A DNA stretch of 64,000 bases from positions 3,708,884 to 3,772,883 of the forward strand of contig MU004231.1 of assembly GCA_010405405.1 (NCBI GenBank), written 5' to 3'. The DNA comes from Microthyrium microscopicum. Its lineage: Eukaryota. Below, in pieces: positions 49,678 through 61,547 of this stretch (the first letter of the stretch is position 1; every line of letters starts with the position of its first letter). The position numbers were made by a program, and so were the translations under genes. The notes beneath the pieces are model-generated. The model was not told the DNA's origin. It was given only the letters and a program-made list of their open reading frames with translations, and ran no database searches.

Positions 49678-49957
49678 CTTGGTGGTAGTGGTTGGTGGTG
49701 GGTGGTTAGTTGTGTGTGGTTGCTTGGGTAGGTAAGTGAGTTGGGGGTTTCTGGCAACAATACAGACAGAGTTTGTAGTATGGTTAACAGAAGTTGGGGA
49801 AGATGGTCTTGGAGGGACTGGGAGGGAGGACGATACTTTATACCCCGAAGGGGGATTCAACATCACTCATGCTGCTAGCGCATCAACACTGCTTCGTACG
49901 GGATGGAAAGCTGCTGTACCAGAGCTATGCGGAGTTGACGATGTACGCCTTCTGTTT

Positions 49958-50264
49958 CTAGTTTAGCGAGGAAGACTGTACCATAGTTGCGCGGCATCAC
50001 TCGACTTGTTACCTCGCTTTCTGTGGTTGACGACTTTAGCGGTGGTTTATACATCGTGATGTTGCGCTCTTTGCTGTCTGGTCTGGCGATGAATGCCTTC
50101 CTTTCCTAGTTTAGCGAGGAAGACTGTACCATAGTTGCGTGGCATCACTCGACTTCTTACTTCGCTTTCTGTGGTTGACGACCTTAGCGGTGGTTTATAC
50201 ATCGTGATGTTGCGCTCTTTGCTGTCTGGTCTGGCGATGAATGCCTTCCTTTCCTAGTTTAGCG
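49958..50264. repeat. Direct tandem duplication, 148-bp unit x2 plus 11-bp partial copy
   Basis: Units start at CTAGTTTAGCG (49958, 50106, 50254); 4 substitutions seen between the two full copies. Confidence 0.95.
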
Positions 50265-51206
50265 CAGCATTCGAATTGACGTTCATTCATCAGTTGCAAG
50301 ACTATCGTGGACACTAGACGCAGAAACCTAAAATTTCTTTGAGTCCCTACTGTAAATTCTCTAAGTGCTGTACGGGCAACTTTCTGCGTAGCGCTGTGCA
50401 GTCCCATGTCATCTACTGTGACTAATTTTTGCCCATTTTTCTCTCATCAGCAAATCTGCTTGCCAAAAAATCACCAAGTAGCCGATTCGCTTTCACCATA
50501 TGCTTGAGCATCATCGAGGCCTTGCTGCAATCTGTTCAAACATCCTTAGACATAGTGCTGTCACTGATCTGTTATAGTCTAGTACTCTAGATCAATTCAA
50601 CAGACGCCGAATTCAGGCACTTGAAAATATGGCGAAAGATGCAAGTCGCTTTTGTGAGCATTGGGTGACTTGCTTTGTAAAGTATTCAACTTTTTTAGCA
50701 TGTATATAAAATGTCTGCGCAAAGAACTCAAGTGTGGTTCATGTTCGCTTTAGCAAAATTAGATGCCCACCAAGTGAAATAGTGGCAGTGGCGGTTTTTT
50801 TAGCACTAACATGGAGCAGCTCAGTCATTTTGGGCACAAAGTCTTAGTTTTGTGAACTGGGAACTTCTTGAGCAGCTATTTTATCTTTAACATGAAGTTA
50901 GAGATGTTTGAGATGTATGAGGCTGAAATGCAGGCTGAACATGGGTCAAATGCAAATGTGCGGAAGCTAGAGCTAAAAAGAGCTAGAGTGGAGGAACTAA
51001 TACCCTAAAGGCTAGCGCGGTTGCCCTAGTCAACCACCTTGTCTGTCAACACATGTCCATTCTCGGCGCCAGCTGTAAGCTGTTGCAAATAGATGAAATT
51101 TGTCTATGCTATCGTTACGCAACATCCTAAGCTGTGTAAAGCTTTGAAAACTCCTATCTCACGAACAAAACAAATCAGGTAGTCCCGATCAAGAACGTCA
51201 TCTGCC

Positions 51207-53546
51207 ATGAATTCCGCAGACTCGGACGATTCCCTCCACGATCTGGAGAAACGTCATTCCATTGATTCAGACTACGAATATTCCTCAGCTTCCTCCCGCA
51301 ACTCAATGCATTCCGACACAAGAATTCTTTCGAGTCAATACGAGACCCACCAACCCATCTTGGGCGATTGTTCTTCTCCCCGACACGCACGCTCCCGTCA
51401 AACTCGAATACGCTTTCCGCTCTCCCGCCAAACGCTGTGCGTCTGCACGCCCAAAAAGTTCACGCGATACTTCGCCATAATCATCTTTTCTGTTCTCATA
51501 ATATTCATCCTCACACTATTCAAGCTGAGCGGGGACTCGGCCAGGAGTGTGAGCTTGGGATTGAATAAACCGAAAGCGCCGCCACCACCCTGGACCAAAT
51601 TTCCCTTCCTCAAAAGATATCATGGCGGCATACGGTCGCTCGTCAATGTCAAAGATAACGTACCCGAATATCCATCCCGATTAGACGACGCATTACCCAA
51701 ATCAGAATCTGAGGACAGTGGGAAGCAGGAGCAACCACAAGATGCTTTGCCGCCGAGCGTGCCATTCGATTATGGAGCCAAGGACGCTTCGATAGTGGAA
51801 TGCTACCTTGACGCTGAGAAGAAGACGAAACTACCAGATGTCCGGGTGTATAGCGGTATCCCCAAAGGAATGCCAGACGCAGTAATGGGCTCGCATGACG
51901 TGCTTGGCCTAAACCGGGACGTATGCTTTGAACGCTTTGGAAGACTCGGGCCATACGGATTTGGTTATGAGAAAAAGAAGGGTGGCAGTGGTGCTGGAAT
52001 GGAAGGTCATAAAGAGGGTGCTGATGATGTATGGTCAGAGACTGGGCATATTGACTTTCGCAAAGTCAACTGGCGCACGGCTCAAGAGACTTGTCTCACA
52101 TCGAATGGAAAGAGATTCAGGAAGGCCACCGATAGCAGACCAAAGAACCACCTGAATCAAAAGCGCGACAAAGCAGCCGCCGATGATGGGCTACTACCCA
52201 GGCAAGCTATAATAATACGGACTTGGACGGACTACGAATATGACGACGAGGACCTATTCTATCTACGATCTTTGGTATGGGAACTATCCCTGAAAACAGG
52301 TGGACAATACGAAGTTCACTTCCTCATTCACGTCAAGGATGGTGACCTTCCTATCTGGGCAGACGAGGAAGTTTATGCGAAGGTTCTGAAAGAGAGTCTA
52401 CCAGCCGAATTTGCGGGCATGGGAACTCTTTGGTCCGAGAAGCAGATGGAAATGATATATAACTCTGTCCCTGAGAACCAATTCCGCGATTTACCTCTAC
52501 ACGGTGTATATCGAAGCTTACATATGCCCTTGGCCTGGTTTTCGCACAATCACCCCGAATTTGAGAACGTGTGGCATTTCGAAATGGACATGCGCTACAC
52601 TGGCCAATATCACCATTTCATATCTCAAGTCGAACAATGGGCAACCAAACAGCCACGCAAGGGTCTTTGGGAGAGAAATGCCCGGTTCTATGTTCCAGCG
52701 GAGCATGGGTCTTGGGAGGACTTTTCGCATATGGTTCGCGTTCAGACCGAACATGGCACCAACAGCAAAGCGAACATGTTTTCTGGGTTACTCAATGATC
52801 CAAGTGTGCCAAGCTCCGTCAAGGAAGAGATGACTATTAAAGCTGAGAAAGCAGTCTGGGGACCGGAACCTCCTTACTTGGACAAGATGGATAATTCTAC
52901 CGATATCTTCCCACCACGACCTATGTCGCAAGATAAAAGTGAATGGGGTGTAGGTGAAGAAGCTGATCTGATCGTCTTCAATCCCCTCTTCGACCCACAA
53001 GGCACAAACTGGCTTCTATCAGAGGATACCACTGGATACAACAAGACTTATGGTCCACCACCTCGCCGTACAGCGGTGACCACCTTTGGTCGATACTCCC
53101 ATCGTCTTCTCTCACAAATGCATCGCGACATGGCTACTTTTGGTCGCCACATGTTCTCTGAAATGTTCCCCGCCACAACCGCTCTTCATCACGGCTACAA
53201 AGCCGTCTATGTTCCACATCCAGTATACATAGATCGTAATTGGCCAACTGATTACTTAGCAGCCACCTTCAATGGCGGCCGTAACGGACAGTCTGGGGGG
53301 AGCAGAATGAGCGTATTCAGCGAGGAGAACGAGCACAACTTCGCTGGTGTCACCTGGTATTATAACGCTGGATTTGCGCCTAACCTGTGGCATCGCTGGC
53401 TGGGCTACAAAGTCGACAATGATGGCGGTGAGGCAGAGGAAGTGCAAGGTGAAGGACGCATGTGCTTACCCGCTATGCTTATACACCCGGTCAAGCAGGT
53501 GGATCTGATCTACCAGGAAAACGGCGCGGAAGAGGATGGCAAGTGA
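51207..53546 (+). CDS. DUF3405-family type II membrane protein (fungal, uncharacterised), intronless
   Basis: N-terminal TM YFAIIIFSVLIIFILTLF; CFERFGRLGPYG, AIIIRTW, LRSLVWELSLKTGGQYEVHFLIHVK, FEMDMRYTG, EEADLIVFNP and MFSEMFPATTALHHGYKAVYVPHP. Confidence 0.85.
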   Translation: MNSADSDDSLHDLEKRHSIDSDYEYSSASSRNSMHSDTRILSSQYETHQPILGDCSSPRHARSRQTRIRFPLSRQTLCVCTPKKFTRYFAIIIFSVLIIFILTLFKLSGDSARSVSLGLNKPKAPPPPWTKFPFLKRYHGGIRSLVNVKDNVPEYPSRLDDALPKSESEDSGKQEQPQDALPPSVPFDYGAKDASIVECYLDAEKKTKLPDVRVYSGIPKGMPDAVMGSHDVLGLNRDVCFERFGRLGPYGFGYEKKKGGSGAGMEGHKEGADDVWSETGHIDFRKVNWRTAQETCLTSNGKRFRKATDSRPKNHLNQKRDKAAADDGLLPRQAIIIRTWTDYEYDDEDLFYLRSLVWELSLKTGGQYEVHFLIHVKDGDLPIWADEEVYAKVLKESLPAEFAGMGTLWSEKQMEMIYNSVPENQFRDLPLHGVYRSLHMPLAWFSHNHPEFENVWHFEMDMRYTGQYHHFISQVEQWATKQPRKGLWERNARFYVPAEHGSWEDFSHMVRVQTEHGTNSKANMFSGLLNDPSVPSSVKEEMTIKAEKAVWGPEPPYLDKMDNSTDIFPPRPMSQDKSEWGVGEEADLIVFNPLFDPQGTNWLLSEDTTGYNKTYGPPPRRTAVTTFGRYSHRLLSQMHRDMATFGRHMFSEMFPATTALHHGYKAVYVPHPVYIDRNWPTDYLAATFNGGRNGQSGGSRMSVFSEENEHNFAGVTWYYNAGFAPNLWHRWLGYKVDNDGGEAEEVQGEGRMCLPAMLIHPVKQVDLIYQENGAEEDGK

Positions 53547-54156
53547 TGAAAGAAACTAATGATTTTGTGAATATGATGACAAGGTTTATATGCGTTCAAT
53601 TTGGATACGTGGTTGCATGGCGTTGGGGTCTCTGTGAGCCGGGTGCTCTTGTTAGACTTGTAGATCGGATTTCTAGATACATAACTGTTTATTGATTGCC
53701 CACTGTTACTTTTACCTTGACGTTCAAAATATATGAGGACGAGCTGCTGTGAGAAGACGAGTCAGTAACACGCTTTACTTAACAGACAACCAGACAACGA
53801 AATACATGACGCGCTCCATCATCTAAGGTATCTCCCATCAAATTATATGAAGACAAGACACTCAACTCCGAGCATATGCACAAGAGAGTCGAGCATCTTA
53901 TGGGTTCAAAGGATCGAATTACTTAGCTAGGAAGCGTAGCAGATATTAGACATCACCTTCATGAGAGCTGGCGGATCATTTTGTTGCACACCTAGTCCGT
54001 TATATAGTGGACAGGTTGAAAATACATAATTTTAAGGATTTATTACTGTATTGATATTGGAGCACACCCATCAGAAAAGACCTGAGTAACCTTACTTCTC
54101 AATCATTTCTAATCATTTAACAAGTTTATGTATCTCTGTTTACGACTAGCTTCTCA

Positions 54157-55933
54157 CTACATTGCATAAACTGATTGACAAAACTTGATAGGATAGGATC
54201 CAGACATGAATGATTCAGCAAGGTCTGATTTCGCAGGGTCAATCGGTATAGCTCCATATTTCAACAGAAGCTCATACATTCCCTTCTTGTCTTCATACAT
54301 CTGAGCGATGACTATTGGCGGCCAGTATGAAGGGAGATGTTTTGGGGGCGGATATAAAGCCCATGCTGCTTCAGAGTTCGGATTGACTCCATGCTCTAAA
54401 AGTACTGAGACGACTTCCTCGTGACCTCGCAGAGCTGCAAGCTGGAGGCAGTAGTGGCCGCCGTAGTGCTGTGATAGGCTTCGACCTTTATCAATCAGCC
54501 ATCTTAGCATCGCCGCTTCTCCCTCCCAAGACGCATTTATGACAGGATTCCCTAACAAATTAGTCTATGACGTGGTATAGTTCCAGCGGCTTACTTGTCC
54601 ACGGCCCGCGTGACTCATGTCTAAGTGCTGGTCCGCAGGCCGTCAAAGAGAATCCAGCTTCCAAAAGGATGGAAGCTGTCTCAATTTGTCCGCGTCTGGC
54701 TGCCATGGCAATTGCACCGCGGCCCCAGGAGCTTTCTGCTGATAAACCTGTTGAGATGAAGTATCGAACCACAGAAATTTGACCTGCTTCAACTGCTCTC
54801 ATGAACGGTTCATAGCACCGTAAATGATTGGGATAGGTTGGTAGGTTGTCATATCTTATGCCTAAAGTCTTTTAGCGGGACGTCTGATTAGGAACGACAT
54901 GAGATGACCAAGACTAACCATAGTTGGCAAGCAAGTTGAGCACATCCACATGTCCATTTTTGGAGGCCACACCTATGAGCATATTAGATACCGGGAATGG
55001 GCGTGTGAACCAATAGTTTCTCGTGAGAGAAGCGATGTTCTGAAGTTCGTCGAAACACTTCTTGATAATGCTCATGTGCCCTCCTTCACACGCAACAATC
55101 AAAGACTCGCAGATACGACTGTCATTCCATGTGCGTAGCCTATTCCTGATGAAAGTAAAAACTTCCAAGTTTCCGCAGGCGGCAGCAGCAGTCCATGGCG
55201 ATGGTGAACGTTGCGGCTGCCCGTCATCAAGAGCGTTATACTCAAGAGTGGCACCCAGCTCGAGGAGACGTTGTATCATTCTAGGTGAACCGTGTCGAAT
55301 AGCAACATATAGAGGATATCCAAAGTATAGGCTGGACTTGTTAAAGTCTACGCCTTGTGTGCACAGCAACTCGACGGTTGCCATATCTCCGAGAATAGTT
55401 GCTGCTACCAGAGCCATATGAGACCCATTATTCTCCAGCTGCGTAGAGCGGCGTTGTTGATCAAGCACGATCGACTGAGATAGATCCCATTGGTTGCTGT
55501 ATGCGCAAGCAAGGCAAGCTGCTGAAATGTACTCTGGGGCAGAAAAGTCGCTCCTTGCCCACCCTACATCATCGTTGAGCGCTTTTGACATTGTGCTGAT
55601 CGCCATCTGTAACGGGCAGCTTCCAAGTCGAACTCCTGCAAAAAGGAGCTGTGCACGCAGAGTCACAGGCATCTTCCTTATTAGGAGATGACAACATCGA
55701 TTCCTGGGAAGTCGCTGACTTAGAAATAGTGTACTGGATATGATGGAGTCAAACACCTCTGGGATATTTTAGCTTTTCAGTTCTTTCAATCATGGGCTAC
55801 GTAACATATAACAAAACGTACTACAAACCAGCCGAAGTCTCATGCTACGCCGCCGAAAAGCTCCTGTGCACAGGAGCATTGCCTCCACAATGAGAAACAA
55901 GACTTCACTTGGAAGCGACAAAAGGGATCTCAT
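54157..55933 (-). CDS. F-box-like + ankyrin-repeat protein; 3 introns (approx. 55759-55821, 54862-54918, 54552-54594)
   Basis: Spliced N-terminus MRSLLSLPSEVLFLIVEAM..RLRLVCKVFD; multiple ankyrin repeats (PLYVAIRHG, ACEGGH, AARRGQ, LQLAALRGHEEVVSVLLEHGVNPN). All three introns restore the frame. Confidence 0.82.
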
Positions 55934-56768
55934 GTTGCCAATATAATCATCTACAAGCGAGTCCTCACATTGATAGAGCGGCTCCTAGAAAGGAAGAAAT
56001 ACCACAGGTAGGAATCGATGAAGTATACAAAGAGGAGAGTGGGACGAACCCCTGAACTTTTTGCAGCATAGCTGCAACTCCAACATAATGAGCCAATCAT
56101 TTAAACGGCTCATTTTATCGCCATGTTCTGCCGGGGAATGAACTATATGATTCTGGTCTTTCGAGCCAGCTTTTGCGCAATAGGCATTAAGCGACACTGC
56201 AGACAGCAATATCAGGCTGGTCTTAAAGACCATGTTACACAACTAGCTCTCACTTTTTGAAGTATGATACCTATTCCACATTTCGTCAAATAAAAACCAA
56301 GGGTCTATACCTTCTTGACCCGGCTTCATGTGAAAGAGACTTGAGGATTAGTGATTCCGGATGGAGCTACCTGATACTATTAGAGGATAACATCACATAA
56401 GACAAAGACCAGGCGGTTCCTGGATGCTTAGGTATGTATAAAAACACTCAACCAAGCAACCAAATGAATGAAGAGCTCCTATCAACTGTGGTGGTTTCAA
56501 TCGCACTTCATAGGGACGATGCTTTATTGGTGAGATGCGATTACAACTCGCCTCTCAATAATATCAGCCGGCGACATTGGGAGCACAGGTAGACTGAACT
56601 ATGCTCTCTACCTGCCATAGGCAAGTACTTATAACAGCCATATATCACACTAAAGATAGCCCCGATGAGATTCCAACCCTGAGGGTTGGCATGTGGCATG
56701 TTTCGATTTGCTTGCAAACGAATCAAAACGACCGCAACAAGGGTCAAAAATCAATATAAAACACCATA

Positions 56769-57346
56769 GTATGACGGCTCATAACGGCCACCCTGGCCAG
56801 TTCGCCAAAACCAAAAAGCACAAAATCTATGTATTTACAAATCAATTATTTACAACACAAATACTACATGTTTAGATAATCTAAAGAAGCCAGATTGCAA
56901 GTTGAATTTTGCTTAATTTTGGAGAGCTAGAAAAGTCTATTTAATTATGGTTGTTGAAGTTAAATATTTGATTTAAGAAATATATATCTTTCTTAGCACT
57001 TTCTGAAGATATAAAGTTGAGAAAGGGGTCGCTAATTTAGAGGGCCTAGGCTTTACTAAGTTAGGGGCACGCATCGCTAATTTAGTAAGCTACTAGGCGT
57101 CTCCACTTTTATCTAAAAAGCAAAAAATATTGAAAGTTATGAAGACTCATTTCCTTAACTAAACTACACTTGAAACATATTTTTAGATATTACAAAAATG
57201 CAGAAAAATTCAAGTTGCTATTTGGCTTCTTCAGAATCCTCAAATTTGGGCTCTTTGTGGTGTAAATAATTGATTTGTAAACACATAGATGTTTGGATTT
57301 TGGATTTTGGTGAAGTGGCCAGGGTGGCCGTTATGAGCCGTCATAC
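56769..57346. mobile_element. ~580-bp non-autonomous foldback DNA transposon (MITE) with long TIRs
   Basis: Perfect 31-bp termini GTATGACGGCTCATAACGGCCACCCTGGCCA, with imperfect AT-rich symmetry continuing towards the centre. Flanking ATA/ATA (or CATAG/CATAG if the ends are trimmed by 1 nt). No ORF. Confidence 0.85.
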
Positions 57347-57594
57347 ATAGCCCTGAAATTCTATAACCAGATCTAGATCACCAGCGCAGATAATTACATT
57401 CTCATGTTATCTGTTCTTGCTGTTGTAAGCTAAAATGGGCAGAGGCAATCTAAAACCTAATCTTTGTACCAGTAACTGATCAGGCTACCTTCAGTTTTTG
57501 TCTTATATGCGGGAGGCTTCCGAATCGCCAAGATGTATTCCTCATTGCGTCTCTCGTGAACTATTATTAAATTACTAAGGGCCTTTGAGTCACC

Positions 57595-59041
57595 ATGAGA
57601 TTGACTGGGCGACGATGTCAGGTCAACATTCTTTTTGTTCTGGCTGGCTTTTCAACACTGGAGGCAACCTTAGCATTGCCACAAAGCTTACACACTGAAC
57701 AGGTGAAAGTCTCAGGGTGTATATTCGACAAAGAGAACCCTTCGCCAGAAATAGTGAGCTCAGCATCTATTGTACAATCTGTACCCAGTGCTCATGAACT
57801 TAGAAAATACTAGACCCAAAAGATGGCATTCCCTTCATCAATGTCGAGGGCGCACTTCAGAAAACAAGATCTATCCTAGAGAACTTCCCAAAATACAAGC
57901 TTGAGAAGGTTGCGGGTGGCCGACATGAGTAAGAAAAACTATTCACCTATATTCAATACGAGCTCACCTTTCAGTATCTTCGATTTAAAGCTACAAAACG
58001 ACTATCTTGCTCTTTTTGATGATGGAACACTAGGATTTGCACCTTCAAGGTATGGATCTACTGAGTATATAACGGACTTTGACTAAACGCCAACAGCTCT
58101 CAAGGGCCCTTACCAAGATCCAAGGGAAGAAAACAATACATCTCAAGGTAAGTATGGCTGTAAACCTCATAGAGTACCAAAGGCTTAATAATGGTAGTAT
58201 CTTTGCGTTATCATGTGATGGAGATCTTTCCATCTCTCTTCCAGAAGTTCCGACGTATGGTTTCTCCAGGAGTAACATCACAGATTTGACATACATACAT
58301 CATACTCCGGCCACTACATCCCAGTTCAACCGATACAATGTTCACAAGAGGGCGCCCCATGTTCAATTTATAAAGCGAACAATGAGCATGATGGACATAG
58401 AGAATGCCCAAATGGAATCTTTCTCCTTTCTGATTGGACCTACAATAATATCTGATAAGCACCAGAGAGGAGGCGCTCCACGGTGTTGGAAAACACTTCC
58501 TTTTGGACTCACGGCTGTTGAGAGACCTGGTGCGCGACCTGCTTCCTTCAATGGCTGTGGAGCAGAAAACGGAATGAAGGTTCCGGATTGGCGCTTTGAA
58601 CAGTGTTGCAACGAGCACGATCTTTGCTATGGTATGTACCAAATCTCCTTCGCACTGATGACACTGACTTTGTTGCAAGACGACTGCTCCGCCACATGGG
58701 AAACTTGTAACGATAACTTCAGGCAGTGTAACCACGATGCTTGTACGAAAGCGTACCCGCTGGCTCCTGTTACAATAGAGACAAACCGTACATCGTGGAT
58801 ACCAAGTATGCCAGACTGGAGCCTAACTCGCTGGGGTTGCCATACACTTGGCCAAGCATATGCTGAAGCAGTTGACACAGGATTGGGCAGGGTGAACTTT
58901 AATGCTTCAACAATCGAACGGTGCACATGCCGGTGTCCCGATAAGACATTCGATTGTGGCAACTTCTGCATGCTAGAATGTGAGCCGATCAATGAAGAAG
59001 CAGTTGTACCTACCAACAAAGGATTACCATTGCAGACATGA
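57595..59041 (+). CDS. Secreted Cys-rich protein with group XII-like phospholipase A2 domain; 6 exons
   Basis: Signal-peptide-like N-terminus; five GT-AG introns give a continuous frame. NGCG..WRFEQCCNEHDLCYDDC..CNDNFRQC..C matches the PLA2G12 pattern NGCG/CCxxHDxCY. Confidence 0.8.
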
Positions 59042-59131
59042 AAAAATACCACTAAAGAGCTAAGATGATGGATATAGAGAACTAGAGATTAGACTTTGCA
59101 ATATCAAAAGAAAGATCATGATATTTATTCA

Positions 59132-61547
59132 TCAATACGGAATCTTGAACACCCATGTGTATCGATCTGCTTCTATAACGTCGGGAGGAATCATAATAAC
59201 CACCTCTCCTGTACTTATTCGGACTGAAGGTACAACCGTTCCATTCTTTCGTCCTCCGACCACTGTCACGTTATCTCCCTGGATCCAAGGAATTGAAGAC
59301 TTTATTCTCAAATCTCGTGGTGGTTTGTCCAGATGGTGTATGTAAAATGCCTCGGATGTGGTCGTGAAGCGGACATTCGCGCCTTCTTCAGATGCCACAA
59401 ACCATGGCTTCGTTCCATATATTGCTTCTCCATGCTCGCTCAACCACTTGCCGACATTGGTCAAATGAAGCTTCATGATCTCTATGATCGTACCGTCCGC
59501 CTTGGGTCCAATATCAAGAAGTAGGTTGCCATTCTTCGATACGATATCCACTAGTAATCGAACAATAGAAGTAGCATTCATGTAATCACTGTCTTTTGTT
59601 GCAGAATTGAATCCATAAGAATATGGATCCATTCCCAGATTTGTTTCCCACTTTCTCCTTTGTACCGATTTCAATCGTGCGTATTCTGGAGTGTCATAGT
59701 CTCCAGGGAAGCCACAGCGATTGTTCATCACTACTTGTCGTCCTTCTGAGTTTGCCTTGTTGTACCAATTTGATGCAAATTCTAACGTTACATTGGGTCC
59801 TCCGATATCACACCACATAATATCGGTTCCCATATTGGCGAGCGTCTGCATGGAAGGTCCAACAACATCTGATAGATAGTCCTTGACAGGTACATAACCA
59901 GCATATGGGAGCGATTTTTTGGTGTATGTATTCGTTGCATTTCCACCCGGCCAATTTCCGAAACCATATTTCTTGTAGTCTGGATGGAACCATTCCGGGA
60001 GTGAAAAATAGACCCCTCGCTTCATCTTAGGCTGATGTTTTGCTGCTGCGTCGAAAAGCTCCTTGACCAGATTTCGATGTGGTGTCATGGCAACAGAAGT
60101 TCGCTTCGAGACATTTGCTGGAAGATCATATAGAGAATAGCCGTCGTGATGCTTGGCCGTTAGTACAAAGTATTTTGCCCCCGATTCGTTGAAAAGGTTC
60201 ACCCAGTCGACTGGATTATAGTTCTTCACAGTGAAGTTGCTGATGAAGTCGTCATAAACAACGTTTTCACCATATGTCCTTTTGTGGTATGCCATTGTTT
60301 CGTCTTTCGCTGTTGGGTCTTGCATATTCCACCAGTACCATTCTGCATAGCTCTCTTTCTTCCCACTGTTACCCCAGCCTGGAACAGCATAAGGTCCCCA
60401 ATGTATGAAAATCCCAAATTTGGCATCATTGAACCAGCTGGGGCTGCCGTGGCGGTATATCGAAGGAAAATCAGGGCGATACTCACTGAGTAATCTGCTC
60501 ATGTTGAAGTTGTATTCTGTCCCACCAATGCCTTCGCCACTGAAATATATGTGAGCTTGAAGATTTTTCTGCACATCTGTTATGTCCGGGAACACGACGC
60601 CAACATCAACTGTTGCTTGATCTCCAGGAAGCAGTCGATTGATATAGCCATACCCTTTTAGCATGCCAATGCCCTCGGCGCGGACAGTGACTCTGACTTT
60701 CTGGGAGCGTATTACTGTCTTCTGTCCAATATTCGTCACCACCACTTGAATGATTCTCGTTTTGTTATTCAGTCCTTCTGGCCATGATTCGGTAGCTCGT
60801 GCAGACTCAACTCTCAGAATGGCTCGGTCCATCACAATTTCAGTCCATGGGCTTAGGCTGATAGCGAACAGATGAATACTGTCTTTGGGACTTTTCACCA
60901 GCGTCAAGTTCATCAGAGCCTTTCGAGAGTTTAGCCAACCGCTGTTGTAGTATATGCTGGTTAAGTTGTAATTCATCTTGTCCTTGTGTCCGTGATAAGG
61001 AAAGACGATATCCCCACCCGGCGGGTATGGCCATTGCCACCATGGTTGAACAGAGAATCTGATTTCGTCCTGGGTACCATCTGCATAATTGGCTAGAATG
61101 CGACCATCGGTTTGTTTGCCATGAGCTGCTGCTAGAAAATGAATGGCTGTATAGGACCATGGAGTGACAGGCACGACTTGATTATTTGGAACTACGTTGT
61201 CATACCCCGGGAACCAGAGAGCAGAGAAATTGTAGTACACATCCAGATACTTGAACCTAGGAAGTGGAATGCTGCTGCCTGTGTAGTACGCTGCTACAAT
61301 AAGTAATGAGCTTTCAAAGACTCTGCAAGCACTTACAGCCTTTCCCATCAAAATCAGCATCAGCATAGCCGGATTTTTCAGCAAGTGCAAACGCCCGATT
61401 ATTAAAGAACCACTCCAAGTGCACCGGAGCCGTAAAATTTTCGAAAAATTTCTTATCCGAAGATAGTATGTTCTTCGGGTCAACTATGACACCTTGTGAC
61501 CATGCCTGTCCGCTGATAAGGGAAAGCAGAATGGTAGATGCTCTCAT
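59132..61547 (-). CDS. Secreted alpha-L-fucosidase, GH29; intron 61294-61336
   Basis: Signal peptide; WFNDAKFGIFIHWG, YAEWYW, GAKYFVLTAKHHDG, IMWCD (nucleophile), DIVSKNGNLLLDIGP and GEAIYGT. Confidence 0.95.

Noticed and set aside
48960..49735. Alternative-frame ORFs with poly-H/R/V/G/S runs over the orphan gene
   Set aside because: By-products of triplet microsatellites; only one frame carries repeated non-trivial motifs with a good start context and TATA box.
49958..50264. CRISPR-like interpretation of the recurring CTAGTTTAGCG
   Set aside because: The intervening segments are near-identical copies, not unique spacers; eukaryotic context and no cas genes.
55985..56233. 82-aa ORF with signal-peptide-like start upstream of the ankyrin gene
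   Set aside because: Short, no recognisable domain, and ends 52 nt before the next ATG; likely promoter/leader sequence.
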